Assembly (NCBI GenBank): GCA_964563195.1
Contig: CAZLWN010000001.1
Coordinates: forward strand, 21,834-85,833
From: an uncultured Undibacter sp.
GTDB taxonomy: Bacteria; Pseudomonadota; Alphaproteobacteria; Rhizobiales; Xanthobacteraceae
Direction: 5' to 3'
Length of the DNA: 64,000 nucleotides
The notes under the pieces were generated by a model. That model was not told the origin of the DNA. It saw nothing but the letters and a program-made list of their open reading frames with translations, and made no database searches. This document shows, piece by piece, positions 10,423 through 19,607 of this stretch. Positions within the stretch are counted from its first letter, which is position 1; the number at the start of each line of letters is the position of its first letter. The translations under genes were made by a program, and so were the position numbers.

Positions 10423-11832
10423 ATGACGCGTTCGCTGTTGTGGAAACTTATTCTGATCGCGGTACTGGCCGTCGGAATCCGTCTAGCCTACCAAGCCGGC
10501 ATGTCAGCTTTTGACGGTGACTTCAACAATGGCAGCGATTCGAACAAGTATCTCAACGTTGCGCGCAATATTACGCAAAGCGGTGTGTTCGGAACCACCA
10601 CTACGAACGGCAAAATCGAACCGGCAACCAACCGACTCCCCGTCTATCCGTATTTCTTGGCGGGAATATTTGAGGTGTCGCAGTCGGAAAATCTCCGCCT
10701 AGTCGTAACCATTCAGGCATTTCTGGAGTTTTTCACAGTCGTCGCGATTGGCTTTGCGGCCCAAGCCATCTCGAGCCGCATCGTCTTGCCCGCAGCGCTC
10801 ATGGCGACGTTGATTCCGAACTTCATCGTGCAAAGTTCATACATTCTGGAGGAAAGTCTTTTCCTCGTGTTCTTCACGTGGGGTCTATGCGCAACGCTTT
10901 GGGCGGTTCGCGTGAAGCAGCCGATTTGGCTGCTTATTTCCTCCGGCTTCTTGTTCGGCCTGGCGTTGATCACGCGTTTGGCGCTCGTTTATTACGGATT
11001 TTTCTTCGTGCCGGCACTGTTCTACGCGTTGATTTATGGGGGGCGGCACTCATGGCTGAAGAGCGCGGCGCTGGCGGTGGTGCCAATCCTGGGCATGTAC
11101 GCAGTGGCCACCCCACTCATTATCCACAATTACATTGCTTACGGATATGCCGCAATTTCTTCGCAGTCTGGATCGCATATCCTCAACTGGTTTTACGGTT
11201 GTCTGGCCACGCCGCAGCCTTGCGTTGGGCGGGCACAGGTGGTGGAGCAACTGAAGGAAATTACACGCGCGGAACTCCAGCGCGTGAGCGCAGAGGGACA
11301 GGAAAACCCCTTTGCATTTTCCGCATTCCAGACCCGCCTCGCCATCGAAAAGACCTTGCAACTGCCCTTTTGGCAGATCGTGTGGGGCATGAGCTTCGGG
11401 ATGTTCAAGACGCTGGTTCAGACCGGATTTTACGAAGTCCTTACCCAGTTCAACCAACCGACGACCTTTTTCTCCACCGCCAAGGGCGGAAACCTGGTTG
11501 CCCGTATTGTCAACTTCGCCGCCACCAACCGCGACAACTATTTCATGATGATGTGGTTCGTGGCGCAGGCCTGCCTGCTTTTGTCTAGGGTATTTCAGTT
11601 CTATGGATTATTCCAAGGAATTCGTTCGCCGGAAAAGCGGCCCTACGCCATCCTCCTCTTTGCCAACACCGTCTATTTCTTTTTGATCACCGGACCTGTT
11701 TCCAGTCCGCGGTATCGCATTCCCGCCGAGCCGCCACTCATCCTACTATTCGCGCTTGGAGCCGTGTGCGCGTACGACCAGTTTTGCAAAAACCGCAAGA
11801 AAGTTGAGCCGCTGGCGGCGCGGCCTGAGTGA
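10423..11832 (+). CDS. Polytopic membrane protein, GT-C/ArnT/PMT_2-like glycosyltransferase candidate (paralog of 5511-6866)
   Basis: 469 aa and strongly hydrophobic. It lies immediately downstream of the methyltransferase-GT2 fusion. It shares the C-terminal SSPRYRIPAEPPL motif with 5511-6866. Confidence 0.55.
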   Translation: MTRSLLWKLILIAVLAVGIRLAYQAGMSAFDGDFNNGSDSNKYLNVARNITQSGVFGTTTTNGKIEPATNRLPVYPYFLAGIFEVSQSENLRLVVTIQAFLEFFTVVAIGFAAQAISSRIVLPAALMATLIPNFIVQSSYILEESLFLVFFTWGLCATLWAVRVKQPIWLLISSGFLFGLALITRLALVYYGFFFVPALFYALIYGGRHSWLKSAALAVVPILGMYAVATPLIIHNYIAYGYAAISSQSGSHILNWFYGCLATPQPCVGRAQVVEQLKEITRAELQRVSAEGQENPFAFSAFQTRLAIEKTLQLPFWQIVWGMSFGMFKTLVQTGFYEVLTQFNQPTTFFSTAKGGNLVARIVNFAATNRDNYFMMMWFVAQACLLLSRVFQFYGLFQGIRSPEKRPYAILLFANTVYFFLITGPVSSPRYRIPAEPPLILLFALGAVCAYDQFCKNRKKVEPLAARPE

Positions 11833-11846
11833 TGCAGTCTCTGAAA

Positions 11847-12710
11847 TCAGATAACGCGATCTGAAAGAAAGACGACGTCCGCGTATCGTTGCGCAACTTG
11901 AACCAATAACTTTTCTCGTTCCTCGGGTTTTTTGCCGATACCGCGCCGGGTGAGAGAAAACGGCCGGTAGCCAAGTCCGCTCAGGTGGTCGATAAGTTCG
12001 GCGGCCGACGAGCCGTAGCTGCGCAGTTGCGCGTCGCCAACTTCGATCACCAGCGCAGGGCGGAACTTCGCCAGTGTCGCGGCTGCCCCCGAAAGGACGC
12101 GCATCTCCGCGCCCTGAACGTCAATTTTGATCAGGCTCAGCGGCGAATATTTCTCCGCGCCGAGCAGCGAATCGATCGTCACAGCGGCGACCTCGATTCC
12201 GCTTTCACTGATCATGTGATCGCCTGGATGGTTTGGATTGAGTTTCAGGCGAGCCGATCCGCTCGACCGATCCGCGACGGCGGCGATAATCCTCACCCGT
12301 TGCTGAATATCGCCCCTTTGTACCCGATGACGCAGGGCCGCGAGATTCTCCGTATCCGGCTCGATCGCCAGCACGCAGCCGTCCGGCCCGACCCAATCGG
12401 CGAACCACACCGTAAAGTACCCAATGTTGGCGCCGACATCGACGACGGTCGTGCCGGCCGGCACGAGCTCTTGCAAGTGGCCCACGCCCGGCGCTTCCAA
12501 CAGGGTCTTGTAAATTACATAGGTGGCGTGAAAAAGTTTTCGGCCTGTCGCGGTGCGAAGCAGCCCACGTTCGGCCACCCATTCGTACAGCCGAAGCAGG
12601 AACTCTTGCAATGCCTGCACCACTCTTTTTGCGATGCTACCGGGTATTCTAGTCCGATGAACAAACTGAGGCAGCAAGTTCAAGTTTGGCCGTCCATGCG
12701 GTGACGGCAT
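11847..12710 (-). CDS. FkbM family methyltransferase
   Basis: VVDVGANIGYFT, IKIDVQGAEMRVL. The start is uncertain because the ATG at 12710 overlaps the upstream gene by 62 nt. Confidence 0.8.
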   Translation of the reverse strand: MPSPHGRPNLNLLPQFVHRTRIPGSIAKRVVQALQEFLLRLYEWVAERGLLRTATGRKLFHATYVIYKTLLEAPGVGHLQELVPAGTTVVDVGANIGYFTVWFADWVGPDGCVLAIEPDTENLAALRHRVQRGDIQQRVRIIAAVADRSSGSARLKLNPNHPGDHMISESGIEVAAVTIDSLLGAEKYSPLSLIKIDVQGAEMRVLSGAAATLAKFRPALVIEVGDAQLRSYGSSAAELIDHLSGLGYRPFSLTRRGIGKKPEEREKLLVQVAQRYADVVFLSDRVI

Positions 12711-13764
12711 TATCGGCCCGACACAATTCGACTGCGGAATGAGCCGCAGCCCCCAGGTGTTGGCGCAGATTCGGATCTTTTGCGAGCTCCACCATCGCCG
12801 CAGCCAGCGCGTCCGCGGAACCCACAGGGACGACCAGGCCGCTCACACGATCGACGACGAAGTCACGCAAGCCTTCCTGAGCATCCGTCACCACGACGGG
12901 CAACCTTTCGTTCATCGCTTCCAACACCGCGTTCGGCAGTCCCTCGAAACGCGCTGGATGAATGAAGATCTGCGCGGCCCGATACCAAGGAAAGGGATTT
13001 TCCGCAAAACCCGCAAAATACACCCGGTCGGAAATGCTTAAGTTCGCGGCCATTCCCTGAAGGTTATCGCGTAAGGGTCCATCGCCGAGAACCACCATTC
13101 GCCAATCCGGTAAATCCGTTTTGAGCATTGCGAAGGCCTCAAGCAAAATATCATGCCCCTTTTGCCGATCGAGCCGTCCGACCGCTAGGAAATATGGGCT
13201 TGCGACGGCGACACTTTCCGCCGAACCGGCAGGAGCAACACGCAAGGGATTCGGAAGCCAACACAAATGTTCCGCCGGAACATAGGCAGACATCGTAGTG
13301 ATGGCTGACTTCGAGTTTGCGACAACCAAGTATGCGTGCCGGTAAACGAGCTTGCGTAACAAATTCCACGGACGACCGAGCGATTGGCGCACCGGATCGT
13401 TTCGCTCGGAAATTATGACGCGCCGGTTGAGTCCGGTCGATGCCAAAAGCGTAAGTATGTTGGTCGAACCGATGAAGGCAAGAACGGTCGGAGCGCGGCA
13501 CGCTTTGAGCGCAGCCCGGAGGCGGCCTATCCGGCGTAAGTTGCCGATGAGGGCCGCGGCGAGGTTGCCCGACGGCTTGCTGCCGGCGATGACGACGCGG
13601 CTGATCGGGGCGTGGAGCTTGAAGACATCGGTCTCGGGCGCTTGAAATGTAATGACCGTGACGTCTATCCTGTTGCCGGCCCAAGCATTCGCGAGCGTTG
13701 CAGCCACGTGTTGCGCGCCTCCCCCGCCGAGACTCTCGATCACGATCGCAATTTTTTCGCTCAT
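12649..13764 (-). CDS. Glycosyltransferase family 4
   Basis: KIAIVIESLGGGGAQ at the N-terminus and HPARFEGLPNAVLEAMNERLPVVVTD. The ATG at 13764 overlaps the upstream stop (ATGA). Confidence 0.85.
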   Translation of the reverse strand: MSEKIAIVIESLGGGGAQHVAATLANAWAGNRIDVTVITFQAPETDVFKLHAPISRVVIAGSKPSGNLAAALIGNLRRIGRLRAALKACRAPTVLAFIGSTNILTLLASTGLNRRVIISERNDPVRQSLGRPWNLLRKLVYRHAYLVVANSKSAITTMSAYVPAEHLCWLPNPLRVAPAGSAESVAVASPYFLAVGRLDRQKGHDILLEAFAMLKTDLPDWRMVVLGDGPLRDNLQGMAANLSISDRVYFAGFAENPFPWYRAAQIFIHPARFEGLPNAVLEAMNERLPVVVTDAQEGLRDFVVDRVSGLVVPVGSADALAAAMVELAKDPNLRQHLGAAAHSAVELCRADNAVTAWTAKLELAASVCSSD

Positions 13765-14879
13765 GCCTTTAGCAAGGCGCAATAAACCGACGCGACCACC
13801 GCGGCGTGTTTGGCCGGGGAGAATTTCTGGCGCGCCCACTGCCGAGCCGCTGCGGCTATCGATTGCGATTTGGCTGGGTGGTTTAAGATGTCCAACGCCG
13901 CATCGGCGAAGGCCTGCGTATCGTCGGCCCGAACCAGGACGCCGGTTTCGCCCTGCTTTATCGCCTCGAGATGTCCGCCCGATGCCGACGCAACGACCGA
14001 CACGTCGCTGAGCATAGCTTCGATCAGGCTACGGCCGTGCCCTTCGTTCACGGCTGGCGCCAGCAAGAGGTCCGAGCCCGCCAACAGCATCGCAACATCA
14101 TCCCGAAATCCTGTAAAAATCAGCCGGTGCGACAGACCAAGCTCATCCACCAGCAAACGTACAGACGCACTCTGATCTCCATCGCGTCCAATCAGCAGGA
14201 ACCTAACATCGGGCCGCTGGCGGTGAATAATCTGCGCAGCTTGCAGGAAGGTGGCCGGCCGCTTTTGCTCCTGCAGGGTCCCAACAAAAACAATAACAGG
14301 AACATCATCTCCAGCATTCACCAGCTGAAGGACCGTACGGCGCGCTACTGCGCGAGACGGGCAATCATCCTTGAACGGATTTTCGATGACAATCGACCGA
14401 CGTTGCAGGTCCCCCGGTAGGCTATCGCGAACAAACGCTGAAATGGCGATAATTCTGTGCGCCAGCCGCAAGGCTAAATGAGCGAGGCGCGACCGGCTCC
14501 AGACCGTGCGCCGGTGCGCGACCGCAGCCGCTCCGGCAATTCTTGTCGCCGGCATCCATGTCGCAATCATTCGGCCGTCATTGGCATGAACGATTGAAAT
14601 TTGCTCGCGCCGCAAAAACCTCACAAGATGCGGCGCCATGGTGCCCAAGCGAGCGAGGGTGGCAATGCGTGCCGAAGCTCCCGATAGCAGCGGCAAGTCG
14701 GCTCGTTTAACTTCTATGCCTTGCGACGTGAGCCACGACACCAGCGGACCATCGCGATGAACGACGGCGAGCGGCGAGAAGCCGAACGCGCCGAGTTCTC
14801 CCATCAAGAGCGCAGCAGAGATGTGACTGCCCCCAATCGTATCCCCGACGAACGGAAACATGACGCGGCGCGTCATCAT
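13761..14879 (-). CDS. Glycosyltransferase family 4
   Basis: MFPFVGDTIGGSHIS and LLAPAVNEGHGRSLIEAMLSDVSVVASASGG. ATGA overlap with the upstream stop. Confidence 0.85.
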   Translation of the reverse strand: MMTRRVMFPFVGDTIGGSHISAALLMGELGAFGFSPLAVVHRDGPLVSWLTSQGIEVKRADLPLLSGASARIATLARLGTMAPHLVRFLRREQISIVHANDGRMIATWMPATRIAGAAAVAHRRTVWSRSRLAHLALRLAHRIIAISAFVRDSLPGDLQRRSIVIENPFKDDCPSRAVARRTVLQLVNAGDDVPVIVFVGTLQEQKRPATFLQAAQIIHRQRPDVRFLLIGRDGDQSASVRLLVDELGLSHRLIFTGFRDDVAMLLAGSDLLLAPAVNEGHGRSLIEAMLSDVSVVASASGGHLEAIKQGETGVLVRADDTQAFADAALDILNHPAKSQSIAAAARQWARQKFSPAKHAAVVASVYCALLKA

Positions 14880-16000
14880 GCATCCGACAACGCAATGAGA
14901 GTTTGTCGGCGAAGCTGTTCAAGATCGAAGTTCTCGATAATCCGCCGACGCGCTAACTCTGCCAGAGACGATCGCGTGGTCGGATCAAGGAGGCGGCCCC
15001 ACGCTTCCATCAACGCTGCGGGGTCACCTTTGGGTACGACGTAACCACTGTCACCCGCCAGGTAAGCTGCATCGCCGACATCGGTAACCACGCACGGCAC
15101 CCCGCACGCCATCGCTTCGCCGACCACGTTTGGAAAGCTTTCCGACACCGAACAGAGCGTCGCAATATCCAGCGCGTTCAGGGCGGTCGCCATATCGTCT
15201 CGATCACCCGCCCAAACTATATGGTCGGCAATGCCAAGCGCCTTGGCCAATTCGCGCAATGTATCCGCGTAACCGGGCGGCCCTGCGCCGCCAAGACACA
15301 CAAACCAGACATCGGGCCGGTTTTTGCTTAGCAGAGCGGCGGCTCGCAGAAAGGTCGGATGGTCTTTGACCGGATCCATACGCGCCGGCAAGCCGATTAC
15401 TATGTGATCAGGGGGAATGCCAAATTCGGCTCGTATCCGCTGCCGCGCGTCGCCATCGGGCCGAAACAGTTCGGTATCGAAGCCATTGTGGACGATGGTT
15501 AGTCGTTGCTCGGAAAAACCTTTGCGTTTGCACGCTTCATACCCCGCTCTCGAGTTCACAATGATTCGACCGGGCAAACCCGCGAGCAGACGTTCGAGCC
15601 CATAGGCGAGACGCGTTTTCAAGCTATACCCAGCAAGCGGCATGTCCGCAGAGCGCACACTCCAGACAACGCGGCACTTCGGAAGGAGTAATCCCGAAAG
15701 CGAGGCCAGAACATTGGCCGGCGGCAGAAAAGAATAAAGCACCTCGATCCGTTGTTGCCGCAGCAACCGCACAAGATTTGCCACAACGAGGATCGGCCCC
15801 TTCGTTGCTCCCAACGAGAAAACTGGGATTGCGGCTTTCTCGAGGACTACCTCGAATGGCCCTCCCTTATGGAAGGTCGCAACGGCGATCTGATGCCCCT
15901 TGCGCTGCGACGCCAATGCCAATAACACCGCCTGGCGCTCGCTGCCGCCATGCTCGAGATTTGGAACGAGCAGCATGATACGTGGTTTTTCGGTGTTCAT
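14876..16000 (-). CDS. Glycosyltransferase family 4
   Basis: RIMLLVPNLEHGGSERQ and CSVSESFPNVVGEAMACGVPCVVTDVGD. The ATG at 16000 overlaps the AsnB stop (ATGA). Confidence 0.85.
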   Translation of the reverse strand: MNTEKPRIMLLVPNLEHGGSERQAVLLALASQRKGHQIAVATFHKGGPFEVVLEKAAIPVFSLGATKGPILVVANLVRLLRQQRIEVLYSFLPPANVLASLSGLLLPKCRVVWSVRSADMPLAGYSLKTRLAYGLERLLAGLPGRIIVNSRAGYEACKRKGFSEQRLTIVHNGFDTELFRPDGDARQRIRAEFGIPPDHIVIGLPARMDPVKDHPTFLRAAALLSKNRPDVWFVCLGGAGPPGYADTLRELAKALGIADHIVWAGDRDDMATALNALDIATLCSVSESFPNVVGEAMACGVPCVVTDVGDAAYLAGDSGYVVPKGDPAALMEAWGRLLDPTTRSSLAELARRRIIENFDLEQLRRQTLIALSDA

Positions 16001-17838
16001 GCGGCGGCCACGCACTGCATTCGTAGCGGCTCAAGGCTACGCAGCCACAATTCAAGACCGACCAAATGGTCGAGCGGTGGAAGCCTATTTCTAACGCCCT
16101 TCCGGAACGATTCCACCGCCCGGCGCAGACGAGCGCGATCGCCAAATGCGGCTAGCCGACTGTCGGCATCAGTCAGGAGAGGAAGGTAACGGCCGAGCGC
16201 GGTATCGTCGGTCAGCCAATCGTTCGAAGGAATTGTTAGGCCGATCTTGCGTCGATAAACCAAATCGTGCGGCAGTTCATGGGCAGCAATCTTCTTTAGC
16301 AGCGGCTTGGTTTCGCCGCCGGGCGCGCGCAAATCGTGTGGAATACGATTAAGGACGCGGCCAAGCGGGAGATGGACGAAAGGCACGCGCGCCTCGAGCG
16401 AGCTCGCCATCGCTAGCTTATCTTGCCTCAGCAGCAGCGAATCCAGATAGCAATTCTGGTCAACAGCAAAGAGCCGGCTACGAAAATCATGAAATTCATT
16501 TACCACCTGTCCGCGCGCACCCGCAGCCGGAATAAGGCCGGCAAAGCTTTCTTGCGTGGCAAGATAGTCGCCCTGCACCGTCGAATAGATTGCCGCATCG
16601 CGCCCAGCAAATCGCCGATAGTCGCGCCATCGATCGAGCAAAGGCCATAGTGGCGCCGGCACCAGGGAGGCGAGCAGACCCTTGCGCATGAGCTCGCGCC
16701 ATTGCCCGTAGCGCTTGTAGCCGCCGAAGAACTCGTCAGCCCCCTCGCCCGTCAACACAACCTTATTATGCTTCGCAATCTCCCGGCAAAGCAGCATCAG
16801 CAAAACGCAGCCCGTGTGTGCGGTAGGACCTTCCATATGCTTGATGGCATCCGGCAAAGCGTCGGCATAGTCCCGGCCGGTCAGATGGACCTCATGATGA
16901 TCGAGGCTAAATTTGTCCACCACCATCCGGCGCCAGGGACTCTCATCGTTTCGGGACGGAGCCAGATTGATTCCGAAGCTGCGGACTGGCTTGTTTAGTT
17001 CTCGGCTGCTCCACGCCGAGACCAAGCTTGAATCGACGCCACCGGAGAGCTGGACGCAAAATCCGACGTCGCTTTGCAAATGATCGATAATAGAGCCGCG
17101 CAGCGCTGTTGCGGCGTGTTTTTCCGCCTCCGCGTCATCTAGCTTGGAATCCGGAACATGTAGCTCGGCACATGGGTCGCAGAACCGGCGCTCAGTTAAC
17201 CGGCCGTCACGGAGCGAAAGCCGCACCACGTGGCCGCCAGGAACGCGTTCGATGCGTTTGAGGTTAGACAACCGGCCGGCTGCGAACCGGAACACCAGCA
17301 ATTCGGCCAGCGCGGCTGGATCTGGTTCGGCACCGACTAGACGAGTCAGCGGGCGCATTTCGCTCGCAAAAGCTACGAGATCGCCCTGGCGAGCGAGATA
17401 GAGCGGCTTGATCCCGAATGGATCACGCGCGGCAAGAACGGTGCCCACCACAGTGTCGACCAGGACGAACGCAAACATTCCTTCGAGGCGATCGAGCGCC
17501 TCGTCGCCCCAAGTGATCAATGACTGAAGCAAGACCTCGGTGTCACCGCCGGTGTGAAAAGAAACGCCGCGGCTTTCCAGCATGGCCCGCAGGCGGCGGA
17601 AGTTGTAAATCTCACCGTTGAATATCAAGATGTACCGGCCGCTCGGGTCGCGCATAGGCTGATCCGACACGGGGCGCGGGTCCAGGATCGACAGTCGACG
17701 GAAGACGAGCGCGAGGCCAGGCTCGACCAGCCGGCCGCCGGAATCAGGCCCGCGATGAAGGAGGTCCCGCGCCATCTCGTCGAGCAACGCGCCTGGGAAT
17801 AGCCTTCTGGCCTGAAACAGGGCTGCAAAACCGCACAT
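15997..17838 (-). CDS. asnB: Asparagine synthase family amidotransferase (second copy)
   Basis: MCGFAALF (Cys2), QLSGGVDSS PP-loop, 613 aa. Confidence 0.9.
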   Translation of the reverse strand: MCGFAALFQARRLFPGALLDEMARDLLHRGPDSGGRLVEPGLALVFRRLSILDPRPVSDQPMRDPSGRYILIFNGEIYNFRRLRAMLESRGVSFHTGGDTEVLLQSLITWGDEALDRLEGMFAFVLVDTVVGTVLAARDPFGIKPLYLARQGDLVAFASEMRPLTRLVGAEPDPAALAELLVFRFAAGRLSNLKRIERVPGGHVVRLSLRDGRLTERRFCDPCAELHVPDSKLDDAEAEKHAATALRGSIIDHLQSDVGFCVQLSGGVDSSLVSAWSSRELNKPVRSFGINLAPSRNDESPWRRMVVDKFSLDHHEVHLTGRDYADALPDAIKHMEGPTAHTGCVLLMLLCREIAKHNKVVLTGEGADEFFGGYKRYGQWRELMRKGLLASLVPAPLWPLLDRWRDYRRFAGRDAAIYSTVQGDYLATQESFAGLIPAAGARGQVVNEFHDFRSRLFAVDQNCYLDSLLLRQDKLAMASSLEARVPFVHLPLGRVLNRIPHDLRAPGGETKPLLKKIAAHELPHDLVYRRKIGLTIPSNDWLTDDTALGRYLPLLTDADSRLAAFGDRARLRRAVESFRKGVRNRLPPLDHLVGLELWLRSLEPLRMQCVAAA

Positions 17839-17844
17839 GGCTGC

Positions 17845-19590
17845 TTACCGAACGTGCCGGGCAAACTCGTCGAGCGTGACAAGCAAAAGCAGAAGCGTGC
17901 TCTCGTTCCTGCGGCCAGCTAGGTGAGCGGCGACCGCGTCGCGTACACGATCAAGATCAATGATACCGAGCGCTTCAAGCTGCTCGGACTGCGGCAAGGC
18001 CCGCAGGGCAGACATCAAGGCTGGGCTTGCCCTGAGTGTGTCAGCGAGTGATGGCCATGAACGTTCCGACACAGGCGGGCTCGTCAAGAAATTTCCCCCG
18101 TACTTGTTTGCAATAATACGCGCGGCACGTTGCACGCTCTGCCTCGCAAATGGCATACCGGCCGATATGTTGGTATTGGCATTACGAATGCGCATCAAGG
18201 CCGGCGATATTTGGTTCAGCGCCTTCAGATAAGCCGATGAATTGGCCTTCAATTCGGCGGGCAGCGCGATGGCTGCATCGAACAGGTCGTTGCAAAGCGC
18301 GGGTACCCGGCATTCTCCCCAGTGCCGTATCGAATTAATCATCAGGAAGGAGTAGTGGCGCGAGAAATTATGCAAATGCAGATATTCCCAAAGGTCATAC
18401 CCATCGGCCCCAAGATTACGGCCTCGCACGACGATTTCGTCAATCGAACAACGTATCGCTTCCTGCAGACGTACGCGCGCGCCAGCTTTGATCACACTCC
18501 ACGGATCACTCGTCTGCAGGCGATATTTGACGCCCGCAATAAAGGTCCCCGTCAAGTCACGCGTGATCTCATCGAGTTTGAAGTGAAGCGCGTCGCGCCG
18601 TAACCAGCGGACGGGGTGCTTCGGCAAATACAAACCACCGAAAAAAACATCGAGGCCGAGGCCGAGAAAGAAACAATCCGCGCGCGATTCCAGGCGTGGA
18701 CCGTAATCGATGAAGTGCGCTTCCGCGAGGAGATGTTGGCCGCCGCCGTAAAAAACCGCATCGGCGATATGGGCATCGTAGCCGGCCAAGGGCTGCGGGA
18801 TAAACAAGAAATCGGCCCCTGCCTTTTTGGCAACCTCCTGGGCAACCACAGCCTCATTGTTGAAAGTCACGCAGGTCGTGATGCAGAGCGGTTTTGGCGC
18901 CGCCGCCATCAAAAGCGCGCGAGAATCGAGCCCTCCGCTCATAAACAGCGCGTAGCGCCGGGCGTCACCGGCGTCGGCCAAATTGACTTGCATGGTGCGA
19001 CGCAAGCCATCGGCGATGGCATCGGCGCCTGACCGCAAGTCCAATCTGGACTGACGGTAGTTCGGCTGCCAATATTTCGAAAGTCGAATTCCGGTTGGTG
19101 AATGCTCCAGCACCGACGCCGCGCCCAGAAAAGAGCAACGCTTATCGTAGGTTTTTTCGCCGAAAATCCGGCGAAAATGCAAGAATTCAACCAGCGCTGT
19201 CTCGTTGACATCAAAGCGCCCGAGCCGGCTCACCAGCTCCGAGAGAGACAGGCTGCCGATGAGCCGACGATCGGTAAGCTGTGAATAATAAAACGCATGC
19301 GATGCGAAGCGGTCCGATACGATTTGCAGCGTCTTGTTCTTTTCAACGTTAATGAGAATCAGGAAATTGCCATCGAGCGATCTGGAAAATTCGCCGATAT
19401 CAGATGCCTCCGCGAGCTGTCGGACGACGGTATCGTCGTCACCACGCCCTCGGCATATCGGCGTTCCGATCAGGCAGATTTGGCATCCAGCCTGTTCGTA
19501 TCGGCGCAGCGGCGGCCGGAGCCGGTGCGCGCTAATGTCGAGCACGCCCGATCCGGGATCGTGCTGCACAACAAGACTGTAGCGTGACAT
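17845..19590 (-). CDS. Asparagine-synthase-like ATP-pyrophosphatase protein lacking the N-terminal Cys nucleophile
   Basis: Begins MSRYSLVV at the ATG at 19590. The track ORF's first 75 aa overlap the upstream gene and are Arg-rich noise. An Ntn-like region is kept (LDGNFLILI...VSDRFASHAFYY) and the PP-loop FMSGGLDSRA is present. Confidence 0.7.
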   Translation of the reverse strand: MSRYSLVVQHDPGSGVLDISAHRLRPPLRRYEQAGCQICLIGTPICRGRGDDDTVVRQLAEASDIGEFSRSLDGNFLILINVEKNKTLQIVSDRFASHAFYYSQLTDRRLIGSLSLSELVSRLGRFDVNETALVEFLHFRRIFGEKTYDKRCSFLGAASVLEHSPTGIRLSKYWQPNYRQSRLDLRSGADAIADGLRRTMQVNLADAGDARRYALFMSGGLDSRALLMAAAPKPLCITTCVTFNNEAVVAQEVAKKAGADFLFIPQPLAGYDAHIADAVFYGGGQHLLAEAHFIDYGPRLESRADCFFLGLGLDVFFGGLYLPKHPVRWLRRDALHFKLDEITRDLTGTFIAGVKYRLQTSDPWSVIKAGARVRLQEAIRCSIDEIVVRGRNLGADGYDLWEYLHLHNFSRHYSFLMINSIRHWGECRVPALCNDLFDAAIALPAELKANSSAYLKALNQISPALMRIRNANTNISAGMPFARQSVQRAARIIANKYGGNFLTSPPVSERSWPSLADTLRASPALMSALRALPQSEQLEALGIIDLDRVRDAVAAHLAGRRNESTLLLLLVTLDEFARHVR

Positions 19591-19607
19591 CCCAGCGAAC
19601 ACGTTCG

